Assembly (NCBI GenBank): GCA_052148655.1 | Contig: JBKQHU010000132.1 | Span: 22,813-86,812, forward strand | Origin: Acidimicrobiales bacterium | GTDB lineage: Bacteria; Actinomycetota; Acidimicrobiia; Acidimicrobiales; Bog-793 | DNA: 64,000 nucleotides | Direction of reading: 5' to 3' | Shown: positions 26,970 through 34,963 of the stretch, one piece after another | Layout: every line of letters begins with the position of its first letter | How positions within the stretch are numbered: position 1 is the first letter of the stretch | The notes under the pieces: generated by a model | Seen by the model: the letters and a program-made list of their open reading frames with translations, nothing else | Told to the model about the DNA's origin: nothing | Database searches by the model: none | Translations under genes and position numbers: made by a program

Positions 26970-28411
26970 GCGACCTCAGCCTGAACATCGCCGCCTCCGG
27001 CATCGAGGCCGACCAGGCCGAGCTCGACACCGCCGCCAACAACCTCTCGAACGTCAGCACGCCCGGCTACGCCGAGGAGGTGGTGAACCTCCAGAACATC
27101 ACACCCTCGACGACGACAGGTGTCGGCGAAGGTGTTTCCGTGAAGTCGGTGACAGAGAACGGTTCTGCGCTCTACGACCAGCTCAACCTCGTGTCCCAGG
27201 GTCAGCTCGGATCCGCCAACGAGGCGGCGTCGGTCCAGAACCTCACCCAGAACGTCTTCCCCGAACCGAGCACGACCGGTCTGCAGGCGCAACTGAGCCA
27301 GTTCTGGACAGACCTGTCGACCCTGGCCACCCAGCCCTCCTCGGCCGGTGCGCAAGAGAGCGTCGTGCAGGACGCGAACCAGGTTTCGCAGAGCCTGAAC
27401 GGCGCCTGGTCCCAGTTGTCCGACGTCGGCCAGCAGCTCTCGAACGACCTCCAGGGACAGGGCAGCACCAACGGCGGCTTCGTCGGGCAGGCGAACCAGC
27501 TCATCAACCAGATCGCCGCCTTGAACGGCGACATCGTCGCCGGCCAGAACGGCGGCACCGACGTGAACTCGCTCGTCGACCAGCGCCGCCAGGCGGTGAA
27601 CCAGCTCGGCACGCTCCTCGGCGTGCGCACCACGACCGAGCCGGACGGCACCATGACGGTCATGTCGGGCGGCATCCAGCTCGTCAATTCGACCAACGCC
27701 GTCGATCTCGAGGCAACGGGCGCCGCCTCATCGGGCGACCTCGGTGTCGAGACGACGACAGGCAACGTGCTCCCCGCCGGGGGACAGATCGGCGCCCTGC
27801 TCACAGGGGTCAACACGACGATCCCGCACTACCAGTCGCAGCTGTCGTCCATCGCCGACTCCCTCGCGCAGAGCCTCAACACCCTCCAGTCCAACGGCGT
27901 GAGCGCTTCTGGGATCCCCGGGGCCACCTCCGGTGCCGCCGCCCCGCCCTACACGGGCCCGTTGCTGCCCTCGATCTTCGTGAACAACGCCAGCTCGACG
28001 ACCTACACCCCGGGGGCTGGGTCCGCCCAGTCCATCACCGTCAACCCGACGCTTCTCGCCGACCCCTCCCTCATCGCCACGGCGTCGGGAACCTCGGCGG
28101 CCGGCACGGCCACGATCGACCCGACGACCGCCCAGGCGATGGCGGCTGTGGGGCAGGCCTCAGGTGGTCCCGACGACATCTACCAGGCCCTCATAGGCCT
28201 TGTCGGATCGCAGACCGCGGCAGCGAACAACAACCAGACCTCGGCCCAGGCGCTGTCTGACTCCACGACGGCCCAGCTCTCGGGCGTGGAAGGGGTCGAC
28301 ACGAATCAGGAGACGGTCAACATGCTCTCTGCACAGCAGGCGTACCAGGCCACGGCTGCGGTCATCAACTCCACGACGACGGCGCTCGAGGCGCTGCTGG
28401 CGGCGGTGTGA
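26966..28411 (+). CDS. flgK: flagellar hook-associated protein 1 FlgK
   Basis: N-terminal LDTAANNLSNVSTPGY and C-terminal EGVDTNQETVNMLSAQQAYQATAAVINS. Confidence 0.9.
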   Translation: MSDLSLNIAASGIEADQAELDTAANNLSNVSTPGYAEEVVNLQNITPSTTTGVGEGVSVKSVTENGSALYDQLNLVSQGQLGSANEAASVQNLTQNVFPEPSTTGLQAQLSQFWTDLSTLATQPSSAGAQESVVQDANQVSQSLNGAWSQLSDVGQQLSNDLQGQGSTNGGFVGQANQLINQIAALNGDIVAGQNGGTDVNSLVDQRRQAVNQLGTLLGVRTTTEPDGTMTVMSGGIQLVNSTNAVDLEATGAASSGDLGVETTTGNVLPAGGQIGALLTGVNTTIPHYQSQLSSIADSLAQSLNTLQSNGVSASGIPGATSGAAAPPYTGPLLPSIFVNNASSTTYTPGAGSAQSITVNPTLLADPSLIATASGTSAAGTATIDPTTAQAMAAVGQASGGPDDIYQALIGLVGSQTAAANNNQTSAQALSDSTTAQLSGVEGVDTNQETVNMLSAQQAYQATAAVINSTTTALEALLAAV

Positions 28412-28412
28412 C

Positions 28413-29315
28413 ATGAGGGTCACCGACATGACACTCGCCAGCCAGCTCTCGGGTGACCTCGCCAGCCAGCAGGCGACCATCACATCGCTCGACGAGCAGC
28501 TCTCGTCCGGGGACGCGCTCATGTCCCCTTCGGACAACCCCGTCGCGGTGGCGGACTCCCTCGGGTACAACCGCCAGATCGCCCAGGCGGCGTCCGACCA
28601 GAGCAACGCCACCATCGCCCAGTCCTGGCTCGGGATCGGCAACCAGACCGCCAATCAGGTGGTCGACACGCTCCAGTCGGCGAACACGACGGTCCTCCAG
28701 GCCCTGAGCACGGGCTCGAACAACGCCCAGAGCTACAACGAGATGGCCCAGCAGGTGCAGGGCCTGATCTCCCAGATGACCGGGCTCGCCAATACCCAGT
28801 ACGGCAACACGCCCATCTTCGCGGGCACCGCGGGCGTGTGCCAGCCGTACTCCTCCGCGGGCACCTACAGCGGGAACTCCCAGCCCTTTACGATCAGCGT
28901 CGGCAACGGCGCCCCGGTCGCGGTCTCGGTGCCCGGCGACCAGATGTTCGGCGGAGGGAGCTCGGGCGTCCAGAGCGTCTTCACGACACTGCAGAACATC
29001 GTGACCCACCTCCAGGCGGGTCCCGGCTCGGCCTCCTACGCGGGGCTCCAGGCCGATCTGAGCGATCTCGGCGCGAACATCACCCAGGCCGAGACGGCCG
29101 CGACGACGCTCGGTACCTCGACCCAAGCGGTGACGGCGGCCTCCACCGCGGCCCAGAACACCTCGACCCAGCTCCAGACCGTCCTCTCCAAGACCGTGTC
29201 GACAGACGTCCCCACGGTTACCGCAGTTCTCCAGTCCGACCTCACGACCTACCAGGCCGCGCTCTACGCTGTCTCGCAGACGGTGCCAGAGACGCTGGCC
29301 CAGTTCCTCAAGTAG
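28413..29315 (+). CDS. flgL: flagellar hook-associated protein 3 FlgL
   Basis: ATG lies 1 nt after the flgK stop. Flagellin-like N-terminus LSSGDALMSPSDNPVAVA and C-terminus ...LTTYQAALYAVSQ. The upstream part of track ORF 28200.. is spurious. Confidence 0.85.
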   Translation: MRVTDMTLASQLSGDLASQQATITSLDEQLSSGDALMSPSDNPVAVADSLGYNRQIAQAASDQSNATIAQSWLGIGNQTANQVVDTLQSANTTVLQALSTGSNNAQSYNEMAQQVQGLISQMTGLANTQYGNTPIFAGTAGVCQPYSSAGTYSGNSQPFTISVGNGAPVAVSVPGDQMFGGGSSGVQSVFTTLQNIVTHLQAGPGSASYAGLQADLSDLGANITQAETAATTLGTSTQAVTAASTAAQNTSTQLQTVLSKTVSTDVPTVTAVLQSDLTTYQAALYAVSQTVPETLAQFLK

Positions 29316-29348
29316 GGCCAGCCCGCCCGGTTCCGAAAGGAAGCGTTC

Positions 29349-29819
29349 ATGCCAGTTGCCACAGAGCTGCGTGTGCTGCCCGCATTGGAGCTCACCTTCC
29401 CCGTCGGCCTCCCCGGCTTCAAGGGTGCCCGCCGGTTCCGCCTCGAGCCGCTCGGTGACGGTGTGACGCTCAACCCCTTCGGAAGGCTCGTCGCCCTGGA
29501 GCCGGTCACCCTCACCGACGGTTCGCTCGCCGAGGCGGTTCGCCTCATCGTGGCGGCACCCGGCCTTTTGTGGCCCGACTACACCGTCGAGATCGACGAC
29601 GCCACCGAGGCCCTGTTGGAGATCGACGAGGCCCGCGACGCCGCCGCCCTCGTCGTCGTGACGCTCGGCCACTCGATCGAGACCTCGACCGCAAACCTGT
29701 TCGCGCCGCTCGTGTTCAACATCTCAAAGCGCCTCGCGACCCAGATGGTGCCGATGGGATCACTGGACGATCCGGGGCGTTGGCCGCTGCACGCCCCCTT
29801 GCCGCTCCTCACGCCCTAG
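29349..29819 (+). CDS. fliW: flagellar assembly factor FliW
   Basis: FliW blocks LTFPVGLPGFKGARRFRL, LLWPDYTVEID and TANLFAPLVFNISKRLATQ. It sits after flgL as in Bacillus. Confidence 0.85.
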   Translation: MPVATELRVLPALELTFPVGLPGFKGARRFRLEPLGDGVTLNPFGRLVALEPVTLTDGSLAEAVRLIVAAPGLLWPDYTVEIDDATEALLEIDEARDAAALVVVTLGHSIETSTANLFAPLVFNISKRLATQMVPMGSLDDPGRWPLHAPLPLLTP

Positions 29820-29857
29820 CGGCTGTCCAGTCCTTCGGCTCCTTCGGCCGCGGTCGG

Positions 29858-31612
29858 CTACGAGACCGCCGACAGGAGGGGCGGGACGGCGAGCAGGCGC
29901 ATCAGGAGCTCGCCGGGCCGGTCGAGCCACTCCTCGAAGCGGGCACCGCACCCCAAAAGACGCACCGCCTCGAGCGCCGCGGTGACATCGACGGGATGAC
30001 GCGCCTCGAGGGCGGCGAGCAGGGTCAGGTAGTGGTAGTCAGGGTAGGCGGCATTGAGGGGGCTGATCGTCGCCGCGAGACTGAAGGCTTCGCAGGCACG
30101 TCCGGCTTCGATCAGCGACAGGAGGACCCACCGCCCGAGAACCGGCTGGGCGGACTCCGGTGACTGCTGGCACTGGGCGGCGAACCACGAGAAGGCTGCG
30201 TCGAAGAGCCCTTCCCGCATGAGGTCGATACCGAACTGGTAGCTGGCGTCCTCGACCGGGATCTCCGAGCGGGCGGGGAGATAGGCCCGCCCGACGCCCT
30301 CGAAACCGCCCTTCTTGTGGGCCACCACCTTCCAGCGCACGAGGCGGTACCCGCCGTAGGCGCGCTGGGCGACGGGAATCGCGAACCGCTCGTAGGGGGA
30401 GGCCTCGACGAGCTCTCGCAAGCGCGATCTGTCCGTTTCGTGGTCGAAGTCGAGACCTTCGACGGCCAGTGTCACGGCGGCCGGCGGGGCCGGCGGCAGG
30501 CTGTCGACAAGTGCCCTGAAGTTCTCCAGCAGCTCTGCTGTGATCACCGGCCAGTTGTAGAGGGCAGCCGTCTCGAGCCCCGCCGAGACCAGGCCTTCCG
30601 CAAGCTCTGCGTCGTCGAGGACCCGGATCACCGTCGCGATGAGGGCGTCGGCGTCGTCGACGGGCACGAGAAGGCAGTTGTGGCGGTCCCGGCCGTAAGC
30701 GAGGATGCCCCCGTTGTCCGTCGAGACGACCGGCGTGCCCGACGCCATGGCCTCGAGCGCCGGGAGCCCCCAGGACTCATAACGCGATGTCCCCACGTAG
30801 ACCGACGCTTCGCGAAGGTACCGGGCCAGCACCTGCTGGGAGGGGTTGACGACCGTCTCACCCATCCTCGCCCCCAGGGGGGCCTTGGGCGTGATCCAGA
30901 CGACGCCGACCTCGGGACGGCGCGCGGCGAGGCCGCGGGCAACGCGGCGAGCTGTGTCCATGCCTTTGAACGTCGTGCCGTCCCAGCCGATGAATATGAC
31001 GGTGCGCTTGGACGCCGTGGCTGACGACGGGCGGAAGACCTCGGTGTCGACCGCGTTCTGTATCCGGTGGGCGAAGATGCCGTAGCGTTGCGCAAGGGCG
31101 TTCTCGGTGTTCTCACCGATTGTGATGGTCCAGTCCGCCGCCGCCAGCGATGCCTCGATGATGGGCTTCCACTGTGCGGAGACCTGGCCGAAGAGGTGTT
31201 CCACTCCCTGGTCGAAGTGCACCACAGGGGCGATCCCCAAACGGCGCGCAGGGATGACCTCGTCCCAGTAGCCGGCGACGATCACGTCGCAGGGCGGCAC
31301 CGATTCGCACAGCGGCTGGCCGAAGGGGACCTCCACGAACTCAGCGACGAGATCGAACCAGTCCGGCCTCGGAAAGTGCGAGACCACGGTCACGCTCGCC
31401 CCGAGATGACAGGAGTGGTTCGCGTGCTCGAACAGCACGCGGGCCGCCCCGCCCGCCCCGGTGCGCGGCATCAGGTAGACAACCCGCAGGGGTTCGCCGG
31501 CAGACTTGGTCCTGTACAGGGGGGGCAGGGGTTCGCCCACGACGGCGGCCATCGCCGCGAACTCGGCGCCGCGGCCTGCGGCGACGGCCAGGTCGGGGCC
31601 TGGAAGGCTCAT
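29858..31612 (-). CDS. GT4-family glycosyltransferase with a C-terminal domain of about 200 aa of unknown type
   Basis: ATG at 31612 shares one base with the upstream stop (TGATG). GT-B block VGTSRYESWGLPALEAMASGTPVVSTDNGG (E-x7-E). I do not recognise the C-terminal part (about nt 29858-30470). Confidence 0.8.
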   Translation of the reverse strand: MSLPGPDLAVAAGRGAEFAAMAAVVGEPLPPLYRTKSAGEPLRVVYLMPRTGAGGAARVLFEHANHSCHLGASVTVVSHFPRPDWFDLVAEFVEVPFGQPLCESVPPCDVIVAGYWDEVIPARRLGIAPVVHFDQGVEHLFGQVSAQWKPIIEASLAAADWTITIGENTENALAQRYGIFAHRIQNAVDTEVFRPSSATASKRTVIFIGWDGTTFKGMDTARRVARGLAARRPEVGVVWITPKAPLGARMGETVVNPSQQVLARYLREASVYVGTSRYESWGLPALEAMASGTPVVSTDNGGILAYGRDRHNCLLVPVDDADALIATVIRVLDDAELAEGLVSAGLETAALYNWPVITAELLENFRALVDSLPPAPPAAVTLAVEGLDFDHETDRSRLRELVEASPYERFAIPVAQRAYGGYRLVRWKVVAHKKGGFEGVGRAYLPARSEIPVEDASYQFGIDLMREGLFDAAFSWFAAQCQQSPESAQPVLGRWVLLSLIEAGRACEAFSLAATISPLNAAYPDYHYLTLLAALEARHPVDVTAALEAVRLLGCGARFEEWLDRPGELLMRLLAVPPLLSAVS

Positions 31613-31914
31613 CAGAACACCGAGTTGACGACGCCACCGGCCCTGCACGGCTCGATGCGACGGCGGGCCTCGATCGATCGCATGGACTTGACCACCTCGT
31701 CGATCCAGGTCCTCACCTGTGCAGCCACGCGCTCGGTCTCCGCCAACAGGGCGGCTGCGCTCTCGGCGTGCTCGGGTGGGACGACGCCGGCCGGATGGCG
31801 GAGATCGCGCGTCGGCACGACGAAGGCGTTGCGCTGCTCGAGCGATCCCGACACCGTCCGGAGGTACTCCTCCAGCGCGTCCAGGTACTCAGGCCACCCC
31901 GGCTGTGGCTCCAC
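31612..31914 (-). CDS. hypothetical helical protein (100 aa) in the filament operon
   Basis: The ORF overlaps the fliS 3' end by 26 nt and is coupled to the GT4 gene. No recognisable motif. Confidence 0.45.
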   Translation of the reverse strand: MEPQPGWPEYLDALEEYLRTVSGSLEQRNAFVVPTRDLRHPAGVVPPEHAESAAALLAETERVAAQVRTWIDEVVKSMRSIEARRRIEPCRAGGVVNSVF

Positions 31915-32311
31915 CGGCCTCGCCTTTCTCTAGTTCGATTGCGACGGCTTCCATCCACGCGGCGTGCAGCGGAGCGATTATGCCCTGGCACTGGCCGATG
32001 ACGGTCGAGTCCTTGAAGAGGTTCGCCTTCACGAGAAGGTCGATGAGCGTGTTGTAGAGCCTGCGCAGGTCGTCCCCACCGTGGAAGCCTGCAGGCCTGA
32101 GGCCGGTCCGCAGCACTATCACGATCTTCTGGGCGTGCTGAAGGCAGGAGTCCGCGTTCTCGTAGTCGTTCGCCTCGATGTAGCGCCTGGCCAGCTCCAC
32201 GTCGTGCGCCAGCCTGTCGTAGAGGCGGACGATGAGCATCGGGCCATTGCTGACCGTCTTGGCCGCTGTGTCGCTGTAGGCATTTGCGACGTCTTGTTCA
32301 GTTAGTGCCAT
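31889..32311 (-). CDS. fliS: flagellin-specific chaperone FliS
   Basis: ATG at 32311 follows GGAGAG. FliS-like blocks are MLIVRLYDRLAHDVELARRYIE, HAQKIVIVLRTGL and LYNTLIDLLVKANL. Confidence 0.9.
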   Translation of the reverse strand: MALTEQDVANAYSDTAAKTVSNGPMLIVRLYDRLAHDVELARRYIEANDYENADSCLQHAQKIVIVLRTGLRPAGFHGGDDLRRLYNTLIDLLVKANLFKDSTVIGQCQGIIAPLHAAWMEAVAIELEKGEAGGATAGVA

Positions 32312-32335
32312 GTGCTCACTCTCCACTTGTGCTGC

Positions 32336-34873
32336 CTAGGAACTTGACGAACTGCTTGACCCTGCTGTCAACGACCCGAGTGAGTCCGACGACGTGCCGT
32401 ACATGCTCGAGAGGTACGAGGACTGGCTCTTCAACGTGGCGAGGGTCGACTCGAGACTGTTGAACTCCGCCTCCAGCTGCTGTTGCTGCTGGACGACCAT
32501 CTGCTGCTCGACGGTGATCTGCTTGCCGAGCTGGGTCGAGGTGTTCTGCATCGCCGAGATCGTCGAAGGCAGCTCGCCGCTCGGCGTGGCCGATGCGCTC
32601 GCCATCAGATTGGCGAGCCCGCCGGCGAGCCCGGCGGTGTAGCTGAACTGGCCGAGGGATGTCGACGAGGTGATCCCCGGCGTCGTCACGAGCAGGGACA
32701 GGCCGGCGAGCGTCGGGTCGCTGACAGGAGCGGCGAGGACCTGCCCGTCGCCTGAGGCCGTCACGCCGTTGATCGTCCCTGCCACGTTCGAGCCGGCGAA
32801 CGACGAGCCGACCAGGCCCAGCTGGTCGGCCCCCGACGAGCTCACAGAAAAGGAGGCCTGCGAGCCGTAATCGGAAGAGGTGATCTGGAGCGAGGAGCTC
32901 GAACCGTTCTCGACCACCTGGGCCGAGAGGTCAAGGCCCGCTTGTGCGAACGCCGTGTCGAGACCCGAGGCGATCTGGGCGAGGGTCTCGCCCGCCTGGA
33001 GCCCGTAGCTGGCGCTCGCGCCAGCGGAGCTCACCGTGTAGGTCTCCGGTGCGCCCACCGTCGCCGCGCCCGAGGCGAAGCTGGCCGTGCCCGTGTCGTC
33101 GGCCTGGGTCGCGGACTGGCTCACCACGACGGCGTAACCGCCCGGTTGGCTGTTGTCGCTGGCGTACACGAGGCTGACGTCGCCGCTGCCCGATGGAGAG
33201 GCGGAGCCCGGCTTGAAGGTTCCGCCCTGGCTGAAGAGCTGCGCCACGGCGGAGGGGTTGTTCACGTAGTCGCTGGCGAAAGTCGAGGGGTCGAAGTCGA
33301 TCTGGCCGGTCTTGGCGTCGAGCGAGAGCCCGGCCGCGCTGCCGACGGTACCGGTGTCGGCGACGCTGGAGGTGCCGATGGCCTGACCGACGGTGGCGAG
33401 GATCTGCTGGCCGAGATTCTGGAGCTCGAAGTCGCCGTTCAGCGGTCCGGCCGTGTTGGTGGTCTGGTCGTAGGCGGTGTCGGTCGAGATCGTCTGGAGC
33501 ACCGTGTTGGCCGCGGTCACGAACGACTGGACCAGGTTCGCCGCTGCCTGCCCGTCCGGGCTGACCGTCACCGTCACAGGCGAGGAGGAGGTGCCCTGGA
33601 GGGCGATGCTCACGCCCGGCATGAGGCCGGTCAGCGTGTTGGATGCCGAGTGCACCTCGTAACCGCCGGGCCCGCCGAGGCTGATGACGGCGTCCTGGCC
33701 CCCAGTCGTCGTGACAAGCGGGCCGAGGCCCGAGCTCGAGAAGGCGGCCGGGTCGATGGAGACGTCGTTCGCCGCGCCGGTCTTGTCCGAGCTGATGGAA
33801 AGGGCGAACTGGTCGGCACCGAGATCGAGCGACTCCGCTGTCACCCCGGCGTTGGCGGCGTTGATCGCCGAGACGACCGAAGCAAGCGACCCATTGCCGA
33901 CCGAGATGTTCTGGGCGGTGACGCTGCCCACACTCAGGCCGCCGGCGTTGAGGCTCGCCACGACCGAGCCCCCCGATCCGGAGCTCAAGGTCACAGGTGT
34001 GGCGCCCGTAACGGCGATGTCGGTGACGGTGTTGGCCTGGCCGTCGACCGTGATGACGCCGTCAGTCCCGCTGAAAGCAGAGCCCGAGGAAAGCCCGAGC
34101 ACCCCGTTCGCCGAGCCGCCGCCGATCTCGAGGGTCGCTTGCGATCCTTGCTCGCTCGTGGTCAAGGCCAGCTGACCGGCGTTGTTGACCTCGGCCGTGA
34201 GAAGCCCGCCCGAGGCCGTGGCGACGGCGGAGGCGAGCTGGGAGGCGGTGTAGGTCCCGTCCGCGATCGTAAAGGTGCTCGCTGTCCCGTCGATGGAGAC
34301 GCTGAGCTCGTCGTTCGAAGCTGAGATTTGGGTGGAGGAGGCGACCGCCGACGAGCCCGCGATGCTGGCGCCAGCCGACGCCTGGGTGACGGCGATCGTG
34401 TGGGCGCCTGTGCTGAGCCCGGTTCCGGAGATGGACCCGATCCCGAGGCCGGAGGCGCCCGAGGCGATGAGAAGGTTGCCGGCAGCTACGACGTCGTTGA
34501 CCGAAGCCACCGTGCCGCTCGAAACGAGGGTGTCGGCGGTGGCGAGGTGGTCCACGGAAAAGGTCGTCGAGCCGGGGCTCGCCCCGGTCCCGACGGTCGC
34601 CGTCGCAACCGAGGAATCGGTGGAGCTGGCCGAGACTGCGCTTGCGAAAGAACCGGGGGCGCTCACCTGGTCCGCCGCGGTCTGGAGCGCCTGGAGCTGG
34701 GTCTGGATCGTCTGGTAGGCCGAGACCTTGTTGTTGACGGTTGTCTGCTGGTCCTCGAGCTCGGTCAGCGGCGCCTCGTCGATCTGCAAATAGGCGCTCA
34801 TGATCTGCTCGGTGTTGAGCCCCGACTCGATTCCTGTGAAGGTGACGGGGGCCGTGGAACCGATGTCCGTCAT
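32336..34873 (-). CDS. fliD: flagellar filament cap protein FliD (845 aa)
   Basis: N-terminal GIESGLNTEQIMSAYLQIDEAPLTELEDQQTTVNNKVSAYQ and a C-terminal coiled coil ...QQQQLEAEFNSLESTLATLKSQSSYL. Confidence 0.9.
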   Translation of the reverse strand: MTDIGSTAPVTFTGIESGLNTEQIMSAYLQIDEAPLTELEDQQTTVNNKVSAYQTIQTQLQALQTAADQVSAPGSFASAVSASSTDSSVATATVGTGASPGSTTFSVDHLATADTLVSSGTVASVNDVVAAGNLLIASGASGLGIGSISGTGLSTGAHTIAVTQASAGASIAGSSAVASSTQISASNDELSVSIDGTASTFTIADGTYTASQLASAVATASGGLLTAEVNNAGQLALTTSEQGSQATLEIGGGSANGVLGLSSGSAFSGTDGVITVDGQANTVTDIAVTGATPVTLSSGSGGSVVASLNAGGLSVGSVTAQNISVGNGSLASVVSAINAANAGVTAESLDLGADQFALSISSDKTGAANDVSIDPAAFSSSGLGPLVTTTGGQDAVISLGGPGGYEVHSASNTLTGLMPGVSIALQGTSSSPVTVTVSPDGQAAANLVQSFVTAANTVLQTISTDTAYDQTTNTAGPLNGDFELQNLGQQILATVGQAIGTSSVADTGTVGSAAGLSLDAKTGQIDFDPSTFASDYVNNPSAVAQLFSQGGTFKPGSASPSGSGDVSLVYASDNSQPGGYAVVVSQSATQADDTGTASFASGAATVGAPETYTVSSAGASASYGLQAGETLAQIASGLDTAFAQAGLDLSAQVVENGSSSSLQITSSDYGSQASFSVSSSGADQLGLVGSSFAGSNVAGTINGVTASGDGQVLAAPVSDPTLAGLSLLVTTPGITSSTSLGQFSYTAGLAGGLANLMASASATPSGELPSTISAMQNTSTQLGKQITVEQQMVVQQQQQLEAEFNSLESTLATLKSQSSYLSSMYGTSSDSLGSLTAGSSSSSSS

Positions 34874-34894
34874 GGTCTCTCCTCTGGCTCCTCA

Positions 34895-34941
34895 GTGAGC
34901 GAGCCGCCCCGGGCACGTGGCCCGGGAGCGGCTCGGCTCAC
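34895..34941 (-). terminator. GC-rich imperfect hairpin between fliC and fliD (candidate attenuator/terminator)
   Basis: The arms are about 20 nt each: GTGAGCGAGCCGCCCCGGGC and GCCCGGGAGCGGCTCGGCTCAC. They pair apart from two interior mismatches, a one-base bulge and a short central loop. No U-tract follows. It lies in the 90-nt fliC-fliD spacer. Confidence 0.45.
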
Positions 34942-34963
34942 TATTCCTTCTCCGCTTCCGCCG

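Noticed and set aside
29831-29848. A tandem 9-bp duplication TCCTTCGGC-TCCTTCGGC in the fliW/GT4 convergent spacer.
   Set aside because: There are only two copies, with no spacer structure or further repeats. It is most likely a trivial slippage duplication, not a CRISPR or VNTR-type element.
32942-34324. A 460-aa plus-strand ORF, and other long ORFs on both strands, inside the fliD region.
   Set aside because: It is antisense to fliD, whose termini are clearly FliD-like. The product is Arg/Gly-rich low complexity.
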